DNA of 64,000 bases from Blepharisma stoltei ATCC 30299 (Eukaryota; Protista; Ciliophora). The notes beneath the pieces were generated by a model that worked only from the letters and a program-made list of their open reading frames with translations, was not told where the DNA came from and made no database searches. This document shows, in pieces, positions 48,101-60,725 of the stretch (position 1 is the first letter of the stretch; every line of letters begins with the position of its first letter). The translations under genes were made by a program, and so were the position numbers. The stretch covers positions 868,001 through 932,000 of the forward strand of contig CBFDEM010000036.1 in NCBI GenBank assembly GCA_965603825.1. The letters run 5' to 3'.

Positions 48101-50134
48101 ATGGAGGTCTTCTTATGCTTTAAGGAAAATTGCTCCCAACATCCTGAATTTATCTGCAGATGCGCTGAGCCAATAACTTTTATATGCTCTATTCATATAG
48201 CAGACCACATATCATTAACATCATCTAATCATCATATAGAAAAATTATATTTTATTCCAAATGAGACCTCCAAAAAAGTAATTGTGAATTTTTTGAATGA
48301 AAAGATAAATTCATTAAATGAAATGTCAAGAAAAATTTATGCGAAAGAAGTTGAAAAGTATAATCGTTCTATGGAGCTAAGAACAAGTATAAGCAAACAA
48401 ATTCATGAAGATTCCAAAAAACTTAAAAATATAATAGAAATGATCAGAAATACAGAAAATGTGACCAAGTTTGAAGAGGATCCTTTAAAGAAATTATTAG
48501 TCCTTTCGCCTGAAGAAGCTCTAGAGAATTTAAAAAATTTAATTCAAAATGATGAGTATTTTAATGAAATGGATGAAAATAGAGAAATCGATTATATAGT
48601 AAAAAGCCTAGTTAAAAAAGAATTTGAATCGACTAATACTAGGATCAACAAGCTGGAAAACGAAAATAAAATACTGCACGAAAAAATAGAAAAATTTGAA
48701 AAAGAAAAATTGCATATTGAAAAAATTGAGAAAAAATACAAAAGTTATATTGATGAAATGAATGAAAAAATCCAAAAATTAAGTGGCTACATTGACCACC
48801 AAAAAGGATTAATAAAATCATTAGAAACAAGATACAATTTTTCTTCACAAGCTTTAGACCATATGGCTACAGAAAGATGTGGTGCTACCCTTTGGGTTGA
48901 TGTAAAAATCAATTGCCCTGCCAAACTTTCAATATTAGCTGCAAGCCTAGTAGAATCTTCTGAAAATATAAAGAAATCTTTAAGTGAGCTTAGAGCTCTT
49001 GAAAAAGATATAACTAAGTGGACTAGATCTTTGCATGAAATTATTACTATGTCAAATAGCCAAGAAATGTGTGAAATCCCAAGTATTGAAGAAAGAATTT
49101 ATTACTGTTTTCGTAAGCTGGAAGAAATTAAAGGTGAACTACAAAGCAATATAGTATGGGTTCAAAGCTATAGAAACCAAGCCAAAAAAAATAAGGAAAT
49201 TACAGGAGCAATAAATATTCTAAATGACCTAGACAGCGATTTAGCAATTTGTGAAAATCTTGATAAATCTTTTTCTCATAGTCATGAGAAAGTGCAGAGA
49301 TATAAAGATTTTTTTTATCAAAATAATTTCAGGAATATACAAGCGTTTAATATGGGAAAATTATTTTCTTTTAAAACTAGAGAAGTATTGGCTAATGGAG
49401 AAAAATCTAGAGAAACTTTCCTTCAATCAATAAATATAGAAAAACTAGAAAAAGAGGAAATAAAACTGGAAATTCAAAAAAATTTATTAAGCACTTCAAT
49501 AGCTTATATGCCAGACAATGAATTATTTTTATATGGAAATGAAGAAAACGGGATACCCAGTGGGCTCTGTTTTATTTATAATGTAATAAATAGCAGAATC
49601 CAAATCCTTCCTGAAGGTCCTAGTTCATATAATTCAGGCTCAGCTTATTATAACAATTCTGTATATATATTTGGAGGGCAAGATACTACTGGAGACTTGC
49701 CAATTGCTTTAAAATTTGATTTAATTGAAAGAAAATGAATATTTTTACCTCCAATTCCTGAGCCATCATCCCTATGCTCTTGTCTGCCATTTAATGAAAA
49801 TTTGCTATTTTCTGGTATAAACCATGACAAATTATACCGATATAATATTAAAGAAGAAAATTACTCAATTATTGATATAGATATAGTAAAAGATTCCACA
49901 AAAATTCTGATGTCAGCTAGAGGCAAGGCCTATATAATTGATTGCCAAGGATTAATTTATGAAAGTAATAGAGGTGATGAAAACATATGGGTTTCTGTAA
50001 CAAGTGCCTCATTGCCCAACTTCTGCTATCCGATTCAAAGGATTTTTTATGATGATAAATTGTATTTTACTCATAAAAATGGAGGAGTTTATGAATTTTT
50101 ATTTGATAGAGGATCAATTTCTTATAAAATATAA
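48101..50134 (+). CDS. Cys/His zinc-finger + coiled-coil + Kelch-like repeat protein, 677 aa
   Basis: N-terminal CFKENC..PEFICRC..FICSIHIADH; YNNSVYIFGG...FDLIERKW(TGA). Confidence 0.8.
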
Positions 50135-50598
50135 TTTAAAAAAAAGAAATTTATAAATCTTTATCATAATAGCTCATATAGTCTCCAATAGTGCTAATAG
50201 CCATATTTCAGCTTAAATATCCTGAAAAATATTCAGCCAATCGCTGCATAATGCAGCATCTTTATTCACAATGATCTTTTTTTATAATTATTAAGTGTCA
50301 GTGTCAGCAAATAACTTGCATAAATTTAATAATAGAGAAAAGGCTGCTATCGATATATATTAAGGAGCCCGCTTAATTTATAAAGTGCTCTTTATATTAA
50401 ATCCATTCTCATCGCTATACATTTTGGCAAAATAATTCTAATACATCTTAAAATATATAAAAAATTCCCTAATAATACCAAATTTCTCTATTAAAATGAA
50501 TTTCAAGCTCATATATAAAAATATTCCTTACTTGTTGCAAAATTCCTTTAACCACTATCCAAGTATAATAAGCATTTTCAATGGAGATAATAATTTAA

Positions 50599-51534
50599 AT
50601 GTCAGGACTTTCAAGCCTCGAGATCGACGTATTCGATCGCCACATCACTGATCTCATGCAATGCAAGCCTCTCGCAGAGCTCGAGATCAAACTTTTATGT
50701 GAAAAAGCCAAAGAAATCCTTGCTGAAGAATCAAATGTCCAAGCTGTCAAATGTCCTGTCACAGTCTGCGGAGATATTCATGGCCAATTCTTTGATTTGC
50801 TAGAATTATTCAGAATTGGTGGCAAAGCGCCTGATACTAACTATTTGTTCACTGGCGATTATGTTGACAGAGGATACTACTCAGTCGAAACAGTCTCCTT
50901 GTTAGTCTGCTTAAAAGTCAGATATCGCGACCGCATTACCATTACCCGTGGAAATCACGAATCAAGACAAATTACGCAGGTTTATGGGTTTTATGATGAA
51001 TGTATGAGGAAATACGGAAATGCAGCGGTCTGGAAATATTTCACTGATCTTTTTGATTATTTGCCGGTCACAGCGCTTATTGAAAGCCAAATTTTTTGTC
51101 TCCATGGAGGATTGTCGCCTTCTATTGATACGTTAGATCATATCAGACAGCTCGATAGAATACAAGAAGTCCCACACGAAGGGCCAATGTGTGATTTATT
51201 ATGGTCTGACCCAGATGGGAGATGCGGATGGGGTATTTCACCTCGTGGAGCTGGATATACATTTGGCAAAGATATTTCAGAGCAATTCAACCATACCAAT
51301 AACCTGACTTTAATAGCGAGGGCTCATCAGCTAGTAATGCCAGGCTATGACTGGCAGCATGAAAGACATGTTGTTACGATCTTTTCAGCGCCTAATTACT
51401 GCTATAGATGTGGAAACCAAGCTTGCATCTTAGAAATTGATGAAAACTTGAAATATACTTTCCTTCAGTTTGACCCAGATCCTAAGCAAAATGAGCCTAA
51501 CCAAGTAAGAAAAACTCCAGACTACTTCTTATAA
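50599..51534 (+). CDS. PPP2CA: Protein phosphatase 2A catalytic subunit
   Basis: [31 protein letters not shown]-terminal TPDYFL. Confidence 0.96.
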   Translation: MSGLSSLEIDVFDRHITDLMQCKPLAELEIKLLCEKAKEILAEESNVQAVKCPVTVCGDIHGQFFDLLELFRIGGKAPDTNYLFTGDYVDRGYYSVETVSLLVCLKVRYRDRITITRGNHESRQITQVYGFYDECMRKYGNAAVWKYFTDLFDYLPVTALIESQIFCLHGGLSPSIDTLDHIRQLDRIQEVPHEGPMCDLLWSDPDGRCGWGISPRGAGYTFGKDISEQFNHTNNLTLIARAHQLVMPGYDWQHERHVVTIFSAPNYCYRCGNQACILEIDENLKYTFLQFDPDPKQNEPNQVRKTPDYFL

Positions 51535-51649
51535 TTCATGAATAAAAATAGGTTATTCCTTTAATTATCGCGAATAATAAGCTGTCATAGAGATGCTGGT
51601 AGCTAGCTTAATATTTAATTCAAGATTAATCTTCTTGTTAGATTAACTA

Positions 51650-52219
51650 CTAGACGGCCAAGTTGCCGACTTCTTCTTTGATCTTCGCTAATCTTGATCT
51701 CAGAGACAAGTCCATGAAAGCAGTAGGATAATAAAGCTGAAGCCCACCAAGGATGCTTGGGTCAACATCATAACTAAGCTCGTATTTCTTTGTCTTATCG
51801 TGATCTTGTAAAGCTTTTTGGACATCAAGCTTTTCAGTGTCAGATAAAGGAGTGGCTGATACTACTTTGACTGTTTCCTTTTTCTCTCTTTCTTTTAATT
51901 GGTTCTCAAAGCTTTTTGCGATATCTGGGATTTCAAATAGACGCTTGCTGACTAGTAAAAGTTGGATGAGCTTCTTAGTGGTATCAGTGAAATTAGCTTT
52001 GTCTCCGAGTTCTTCTAAGATTTCATTGACTTTAGTTTTCTTTATGGTTGGGTCAACAAGAATTGCTTTGAATTCAGGGGATGTATTGTGGAGTTCAGTG
52101 ATAAACTTCATATCTTCTGAAACCTTCTCAATTTCTCCATGTTCTCCAGCTGCTTTAAAAATTGTCTGTGCATAGCGATCACTGAGAAGACTAAATCGTC
52201 TGAATACTTTAGTTATCAT
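51650..52219 (-). CDS. ATP5PO: Mitochondrial ATP synthase OSCP (delta) subunit
   Basis: Presequence MITKVFRRFS; RYAQTIF, VVSATPL, VDPSILGGL, DLSLRSRL. Confidence 0.88.
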   Translation of the reverse strand: MITKVFRRFSLLSDRYAQTIFKAAGEHGEIEKVSEDMKFITELHNTSPEFKAILVDPTIKKTKVNEILEELGDKANFTDTTKKLIQLLLVSKRLFEIPDIAKSFENQLKEREKKETVKVVSATPLSDTEKLDVQKALQDHDKTKKYELSYDVDPSILGGLQLYYPTAFMDLSLRSRLAKIKEEVGNLAV

Positions 52220-52500
52220 ATTTATTAACATCCACCATTCCATCACTTTGTTTGAATAATAAGCAACTCTTCTTATTAGAAATAACTAAATCATTTTAAG
52301 CAAAATTCTTTCCCTTAAAGCGATTTAATAGAATTTTGCTCTGTGCATAAAAACTTTCAAGTTAAATATGCCATTATTAGCTGAAAATTCTCTATAACTT
52401 TATTATCACTCTAAATATGAATTTTTCATTTATTTTTCACAAATAAAGCATTGCTTAAACTTATCATATTAAATTAACCTTAACATTATCATAAAACTGC

Positions 52501-55500
52501 TTACGACCTACTCATACTCCTCATCTGTGGCATTTCTGGGATTTCTTGATTTATATGCTCATCATATCCTTCATTTTCCATTCTTTCTTTATAAGGACTT
52601 TTCATTACTTTTTCATGATTTTCGTTCCTGAAATTCTCTATATAAGGCTGGAAAAGCTTTTTCAAGCTCATATTTTTTATCGAACTTTTAGTGGACTGGT
52701 TGTCGCTTGCAATGCTGGAGGTCCTTGATTTATTTCTTCTGTTCATAAATCCAAAGATTTTATTATCCACAAAACCTGTATATGAAGCATTTGAAGTGGA
52801 GCTGGCCCCACTGATACTGCTGGAGTCAGAGATAGACTCGTCAACTGAATTTGAGGCATAATCACGATTAGGCTTTTCTGGCCGCTTTGAAGGGGATTTC
52901 TCTTTTGAAGGGTATTTTGGCTGCTTTAAGCTTTCAGCGATGATTTCAGGAAGGGATTCCATATCAAGGCCAGGGTTTAAGAAAAAGCTGGGGAGTTTTA
53001 GCAAATCAAAATTTAAGGCCATGTTTCAGAATAAAATTTTATGTCTATCACACAAGTCTTTAGCCAGCAAAGCTCGCTCTCCATGAGTATATATAAGATT
53101 TTCCAGCTCTTTCCTGATAATCGGTGGGCTTAAAAACTCAACCGAAACTGTATTAGAAGCTTCAATATTTTTATCCAAAATCACTAAAAACCTCGCCACA
53201 AATTTTGCTTCACAGTTCGGCTGTGGACATTTTGTAGTATAATTTGAATATGACCGTTCCCATCCCATCATAATATCTTCCTGTTCTAAGGTATTTGAAC
53301 AATTAGGACAATTATCCTCAGCTACATACATACAATTATTCATATCTAAGCTTAAACATATACTTCCTGGTGGCAGATCGCTTAAACTCAGAACATTTTC
53401 TGCTTCTTTTTGCAGTTCTTGGCCTTCTGCAACTGCAGTTACATAAACTCCATGTGTGCAGGCATCAGGCTCGATCCCTTGGTTTTTCATTCTTTTAAAT
53501 AATGATAAAACCCTTTCTCTGAGCCCACAATGCCCACATGCCTCAATTAATTTTCTATAGATTTCTTCGTCAGGCTTATTAGCGTTTTTCTTCATAGTGT
53601 CCATAATGCAAAGGGCTAAGTCCATTAGTTGGTCGGAGTATTGTTTATATCGTGGCATACAAGCAGTGAAAGCCATAAACCAGACTCGATAAATTGTGGT
53701 CATTAAGAATTTTCCTCATTCAATTTGGGTCATTCTCATTAACATGTCGTCTTTTAGTAGTAAAGTGGGCTTTGGGGCTGCGTTTACAGCAAGCTGTTGG
53801 ACGCGCCGGGGCTCAATGAAATTGCTTTCATTTAGACGTGGAAAACTGTCGTATTGAAAGACCATTCCAGGCTCAAAGCCGATATCATTGGCGTATAAAG
53901 CTGGGAGGGTCTCTTGAGGATAATATGGTTTTACGAAAAATGGGTCATTTTTAGTCCTTTTAAACCGACTTGAGTCATCAAAATAGTTAAGCTCGTATTG
54001 GTTGTCAGTAGGAAAATAGCGGCTTTCGATGAAGCTTGCAAATAGTGAGGTTTCTGTTACCTTAAACAAAAAGTTTTCAGGTTTGTTACTTTTGTGATAA
54101 TTTAAAAATTCTGCAGTATTAAAACACTGCCTAGAATCCGCTACTTTATCCCCTGTTTTATTCGGCATCAAAAAATACCTCTGATAATTCTTCAACAAAT
54201 GTGCAAAAAACTCAATAAATGCGTCTTTAATCTGATAAGGATTAAAATTACACTCTTCTAAGTCCCTTATAACAGAGTCAAAAGCTTCATCAGCTGTTTC
54301 TCGAATAGGATCTTTAGGTGAATAAATATTAGCACACTTCATTAGTCTGCTTATTAAGCCTCTTTGTAGTTTATCAGGAAGCCTTGGCAGTGGCTCTCTA
54401 CTTTCAATTCTGCCTGTATCCAAATCAACCTTAACAGCGTCGACTGGGATTTCAAGTTCTTTAGTAATCATAGATGGGGATACACCAATAATATAAGGGA
54501 AAATTGTCTCTATATAATTTTTCAGTGGCATTGGAAGAATTGGGATAAGGACTTGTTCCCATCTGAATGGAAAAATCAGCTGGGTTAGGGCTATTGAGGT
54601 ATAGGTCAATAATGCCTTGTGCTGAGAAATCAATAGGACTTTTCTCTCCACAAGTACACAGCTCCATACTGAAACCACGTCATTTATAGGGAGACACCTA
54701 AATAGGTACTCTAGACAGGTGTCAGGCAAATAAGGCAAATATTTAGGAGGAGGCCGAGAAAAATATAGTCTTTTGTTACCAATGGAATATTGTACTGTGG
54801 TCACTCCTTGATCTGGTAATGGCACTTCTTGTATTAAATTACAAATAACCCTTTCAATTGGAACTTCATAAGTGGATAAATGTAGCCTATAAATCTGCTT
54901 CAAAATTTCTCGGTATTGGTCAATAAAAGGCCAATTTGATATTAAACAAATCGCTTTGGGCATATACACTTTATTTGTGGCGTCTTGTAGAATATGTAAA
55001 ATATTTGAAATTTTTTCATTGATTTGTTCGTAAAATATTAGACAAGTCACATACATTTTTTTAACCCTCCCGGTAGATTCATTTGCTGATGATAAAATAA
55101 AAGAAAATACCTTTGGAGCTTCTTGTTCTTTGGTTAATATAATTCCTTCACTAAAGCAAAACATATTGATTGCTTGGGATAAGGGGTTGTCTGGATGGTC
55201 TTCTCGAGGAAATTTTTCTATTAGTTCTGCTTTTAGGACAGTTGAGAGAGGGTCTTTGAGATTTTTGAAGCAGAGAAATGTGTCTTTACTTTTGCCTAAT
55301 GGGAAATTTATATATTGATAATTATCAGGTATAACAGCCACTTTTTTTAGTTCTCCTTTCGCGTTTTGCTGTATTGAAGCAGCAACCATTTTAATATCAA
55401 CTATCGGCATTCCAGGTGTCGTATCTGTATATGTACACGTCATTACAAGCCTGAGCCCATCCATTTGTTTCGCATTTAATAAAAGTGTGATATCATAATT

Positions 55501-55968
55501 TCCACTATAATAATGATGGTCATTTTCTGTATGACTGTACCTATGCTGTGCAGCTTTACTACCTATTAATACGGGAACCGGTTCTAAGCAATGTGTGACT
55601 GGGATTTTTATGTATTCGCCTTCATACTGCATATAGTAAAGCTCAATTCTTGATATTGACCGGCCTGTCCATGAAGCACGAGTGTGACCATTTACCCGTC
55701 CGTATACAATTTCAAGCCAAAGTCGTTTACCATCTCTGCAGGCAAGTTCATAAAAATTAAGAAATTCTGTTTTATTCGACATAAGGACTTCATCTTCGTT
55801 AATTACTCTAAGTCTGAGGCTTGAAATGGCATTTTCGACTGAATATTAATTACTTCCTGTATAAACTTCAGCTTTTTCTCTGTCAGAAGGAAGAGTAAAT
55901 GTAGTTATAGGGAGGTCTTCATTGAGTCCATATACAGCAAAATACTCAAATAATCGAGGAACTTCCAT
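52501..55968 (-). CDS. DENND4/Crag-like Rab GEF, copy B
   Basis: Starts MEVPRLFEYFAVYG; one 15-nt intron (55839-55853); TGA=Trp at 53716 and 53026; colinear with copy A. Confidence 0.88.
55839..55853 (-). other. 15-nt spliceosomal intron GTAATTAATATTCAG
   Basis: In-frame TAA; removal restores homology to the N-terminus of copy A. Confidence 0.85.
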
Positions 55969-56494
55969 ATTGTATATACAAGTTATGCATTTTGAAAGGT
56001 TTAGTTGGAATTGATTTGGATTTACAATGGGTGCTGAGTTTCAGGGTTTTATTTGTAAGGAATTATTATTTAAAAAATAAGCAAATTGGAAGGTAATTTT
56101 TGATAAATAGTTTTTGGACTATATGAATAAATAAATAATTTTTTTTTCTTGCAAAGAATTTTAGCTGCTAAATGGCGCCATCTGATAATTAAACTATTTG
56201 AGATGGCAGTATATATTTTTTTTGGATTCTTTATGCTGATATTATGAAAAACTGTTAAGCTAGGTGAATTTATTAATATGAAATTTAACTAAATAATAAA
56301 TTCTTCAAATCTTTTAAATACATTTTGTCTATAAATGGGGTTTCAGTAGTAAAAACTACTTAAGTGCTAATTAATGCTTGCATTATTAATAATTAATATT
56401 TAGAATTTCACGACCTATGCGCTTTTATCCCGTCTTAACACTAGGATCAATTTAAGCTAGACAATATAAAATAATTAAAATTTTAGTTAAAAAG

Positions 56495-56743
56495 TTATGT
56501 GGTGTTGTTGTTTGAGTCCCTGTTGTAGGCAAAGGCTAATGATGTTTCTGGTGTTTTAGCTTGAGTGATATTAATACAGTAAGTCCCGCCTTGAGATTTG
56601 AAAAGGAAAGAATTTCGGCAATTTCTTGCACTTTTTATTTTGTTTAAGTTGCTTACTATTACTTCTGCAACTGACTGATCGATTGAGGATTCTTCGCTTT
56701 CTGCGTCTTGGTGATTATTATTAGTAGAGACTCCGCATCCCAT
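56495..56743 (-). CDS. Small MGC-type (myristoylated/palmitoylated) protein, 82 aa
   Basis: MGCGVS start; similar to 59016..59243. Confidence 0.7.
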   Translation of the reverse strand: MGCGVSTNNNHQDAESEESSIDQSVAEVIVSNLNKIKSARNCRNSFLFKSQGGTYCINITQAKTPETSLAFAYNRDSNNNTT

Positions 56744-57273
56744 TTTATGGTTTATAATTTCTGCAAAAAATCTTTCAATAAAAGAATCAAAAAATGGTCA
56801 GATATCTCATCCAGTTTTACTTCATTTTAGCACTAGTTTTTTATGAAAAAATTTTGAGTATCTTGCAAGCCAAAATATTATTAATCCTAATTACATAGAA
56901 ATAAAATTAAGGAAATTTAAAGTTCTTATGAATTGAAGATTTAAATTTCTAAAAAAATAAAAAATAAAACATTATTTAAATCCAGAGATCGTTAAAAATA
57001 CTTTATGACTCTATTCAAGTCAGTTAGTTGATAAAAATATTAAATATGTCGCTCTAGGGAATAATTGATATTAAATAATTTGGCATATAAATTTAATAAA
57101 AAGCTTAAGATTGATCTTAAAATCGGCAAACCAGTTAATTTAGAACCTGATATAAAGCAATAACGCTATAATAAACTTTATCATTCAATTATGTCATCAA
57201 ATTTTATAGATTAATAAAATGAGCATTCATGCTGCTTTTTATCTCAATTATCCAAACAAAATATATAAATTTA

Positions 57274-58611
57274 TTATGCTTTTTTTAGATTATAAACAGA
57301 ATTTTGAGCACATTTTAGCTCCTTGGCTTTGAGATTGAATTCTATTAAGCTATTCTGTTCATTTATAAAATAAATATTGCTTTTAAATATTAGGCTATAG
57401 GACTGAGGTATTGAATTACAAATTCGATTGTCTCCTATAAGTTGCCATGTGGAAAAGTCATCTTTTTCACTTTGATAGATATTTAATCCAAACTCAAAAA
57501 GATAGGCTCTTCTATCATAAGAAAAGATTGATTTATATCTCGAATAATTTAATTTTAAGTTTGGAATAATTTCAAAAGTGTCCTTCTTTATATCATAACA
57601 CTGCATATTTGTTCAGCAATAGGCAGTAATCAAAATAAAATTGTTAAATAATGTAGAATGAGAGTTGCATCAACAGTATTGAGTTGGAAGAGATTTAAGC
57701 TTGGTTCATTTATTTTCTTCTAAATTATATTTTTCTGATATATATTCTTTAGTTCACCCCCCAAAGGCATAAACACATGATTTATAATATGCTAGCAATG
57801 GCTTTGTTGCTGGTGTTCCTGATGAAATTATTTTAGCATTTTTAAATTCATCGACAATTAAATTGATACTCACGGAAGAATCTGGATAGCGCATGTTATT
57901 ATTTCTGTTACTTCCATGAAAAAAAACTGAGCTATTGGTAGGGATTAAAATAGAGCTAGCATTATGTAGTTTTTGTAAAAGATCGATAGTTTTGGTTGAG
58001 ATCGTCATTGAAGCTAAATTTACTGAATTAAATTGCCCAGGGTTATTCTGTGTTATAAAGCATATTTCGTTTTCGTTTTCTTTGAATGGATTCACTTCCA
58101 AGTTTCCATAAAGCTCTTCAATATATTCTTTGATTTTGCTTAAATCTTCTTTTATTTCAGGCATTTTTCAATATTGTATTGATTCTTTGCATTCTTCAGG
58201 CCCAAGTTTAAGATACTTTCCCACCCCCTTTTCTGTTTTAACATTAAGTATCCTCTCTTGGGACGCAAAAAGAATGATTTCATCGCACTCATCATTTAAT
58301 TTATAATATTTCTCCAGAGCAATGCTCAAAGATTTTTCAATTGTTTCTAATAGTTCTCCATACTGCAGCATAAGTTTATCAAGACATGAGCGAATTTCAT
58401 TTTTTATTTCATTGAGTTTCTTGATGATTATCTTTTTCGAATCTGGATTTGGCTCAAAGTAAAGATCAATTCACTCATGAGGCTTTTTAAACTTCATAAC
58501 CATGTGATTTCTTGCATGTGCGCTGCAAAAAAGAGTGCGAGCAGGTGTACATTTGCATATATACTCTGGATCATTTAGACAATTATCCATAAAGCACTTT
58601 GCTGGCTTCAT
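57274..58611 (-). CDS. Cys/His zinc-finger + coiled-coil + Kelch-like repeat protein, 445 aa
   Basis: Four track ORFs joined by 6 TGA=Trp; CFMDNC..PEYICKC..LFCSAHARNH; YKSCVYAFGG, EKYNLEENKW; same family as 48101..50134. Confidence 0.82.
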
Positions 58612-59015
58612 ATTTATAAGGGCTAGTCCAAAAATATAGCTAAAATAGCCAATTATATTAATGGAATTTATTAATTTTAAGGAGCTTTTAATTTTGAATA
58701 AATTAACGATAGACATTAAAAATAATCAAATTTAATATTAATTAAATCCTCTATCTATTAAAATTAAATATTCCTAGCTGATATCAAATTTAATTTTAAA
58801 TAATTTAATATTCTTAATATATAGCTTAGTACTTATTTCTAATAAATATTTATTGTTGACATTTTACATTTATCAACCGTTCTATATTGTAAAACCTGAT
58901 GTTACTTATTTGGACAGAAAAATGGCTTTATTTTTGCCACTTAATCTTCAATAGTTTTGTTCTAGCACTTACAGAAATAAAATTTATTAAAATATGACAT
59001 TAGTTGAAACAATTT

Positions 59016-59243
59016 TTAGTGACTCCTAGATAAATTAGGAGATTCCATTGGAGTGCCCACATATTCAACTTTAATTGAGTAAACCTCCCCGCCCGCATTA
59101 TAAGTTGTGCAATTAAAATTTTTTACATATGATGAAAACTTTAAATGACCTCTGCGTGCTGGGTCAGGAGATATTACAGGAGTTACTTCGTCTTCGATCG
59201 ATTTCTTTGGCTTTTCACTTTTAACAACGACACCACAGCCCAT
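59016..59243 (-). CDS. Small MGC-type (myristoylated/palmitoylated) protein, 75 aa
   Basis: MGCGVV start; shares a GG..Y.I......TP motif with 56495..56743. Confidence 0.7.
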   Translation of the reverse strand: MGCGVVVKSEKPKKSIEDEVTPVISPDPARRGHLKFSSYVKNFNCTTYNAGGEVYSIKVEYVGTPMESPNLSRSH

Positions 59244-59769
59244 ATTAATTATATTTAATGGATTTTATTGAACGAGTAATTATAAAATTAATAAATTATA
59301 TAAGCTCAAAAAATCACCTAAACGAAATTTGAAAAAAAATCGAATATTTTACAGCTTAGCCATATTTTAATATTGGTAAAAAAGGAACTGGCTATTTTAA
59401 TTAATAGTGCAATAAAAAGATCAATTTGGTTTCAAAGTAAATTTTAAGAGTCTTAAAATCATTTTTATTTGTAGAAGCAAAATTGTTTTTAAAATAATTA
59501 TTGATTACAATAAAATTAAATAAAATATAAAATTAAATATTTCTCATGATTTTAGATATTTTTCTTGCGTTTGTCATTTTATATTTTACATTTTTGGTTA
59601 ATGAAAAATCAATTTTCGCCTATTAAACATAATTTTATATTCTAAAATTTTCTGAGATTTTAGTAAAGTATATTAAATTATGCTTCAGATTCTTCAACAG
59701 CAAAAAGCACGGCCTTGCTGATTTTAATAAATTTCCATTTACTTGGTGAAATTATTACTATAATCTAAA

Positions 59770-60210
59770 ATGAAAGCAATTCTTTTCGGATTATGCTTAT
59801 TTGCTCTTGCCTCTGCAAGCGGTATAGTCTCAACAAAGCTTGAAGCCCTCGGAGGGAACATTGGCAGCAACTGTGACCCATCATTAACTACATACAGCGT
59901 GACAACTTTTGCTGTGACTCCTTGGCCTCCTACAAAGAATGTCTACCTAAATCTTAATATGACAGGAACAGTCAACCAAGCTGTGACCTTCCAAGAGATG
60001 GATATTTTTGTCACTTTTAACGGAGTCAACTTCTATCAAGAAACAGTAAAGGAGTCAGGCACTTATAAGCAAGGACAGACTGCGACTGTCATTTTTAAGG
60101 TATTTTTGCCTGGTATTGCTCCTAATGGAAAATACGGTGTTATTACCAAGATTAAAGATACTGCTGGAGCTTACCTTAATTGCTGGCAGGTAGCTTTCTC
60201 ATTAAGTTAA
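59770..60210 (+). CDS. ML-domain (NPC2/PG-PI transfer protein-like) secreted lipid-binding protein
   Basis: Signal peptide, SNC..VTPWPP..PGIAPNGKY..LNCW, typical ML beta-sandwich pattern. Confidence 0.8.
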   Translation: MKAILFGLCLFALASASGIVSTKLEALGGNIGSNCDPSLTTYSVTTFAVTPWPPTKNVYLNLNMTGTVNQAVTFQEMDIFVTFNGVNFYQETVKESGTYKQGQTATVIFKVFLPGIAPNGKYGVITKIKDTAGAYLNCWQVAFSLS

Positions 60211-60725
60211 AGTTATTTCTTCTAGTATATGAATTAAAGAAAAATTAGAAAAAATTGGTCGAATATTTTTTATTAAGAATAGATTGATTATTTTGTTAAA
60301 GTTTTAGGTAGTTTGGGCATTCTAAAAGAATATCGAGAATTTTATTTTAGTATCAGATTTTTTAAATATGAAATTTAAAACAAATTTAAAAAATTTCAAG
60401 TTTTCTGAATATTAAGTCTATCATTTTTTGTTTTATATAAGACAATTATATCAAAATTGCATATTTTATGCATACTTGTACAAACCTTTAATTATTTCTA
60501 TTTTTTATTTAGCTTTCACCTTTCTCAATACTGATAATTTCAATATATAGATCTTTATTTTTATCTTGCAGCTAAAGAATTATTTCTTAAAAATAATTAG
60601 TCTACATATATTTCCCCCTAAACATATTGTCAGTTCACAAAAAAAACTCACACCATTTTTATAACAAGGTCAGTAACGCATAAGTTTCGCAAAAAAATTA
60701 TGCATAATAATTAAATTTATACATC

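Noticed and set aside
56401-56460. Faint resemblance to a reverse-strand tRNA fragment
   Set aside because: No consistent cloverleaf could be folded
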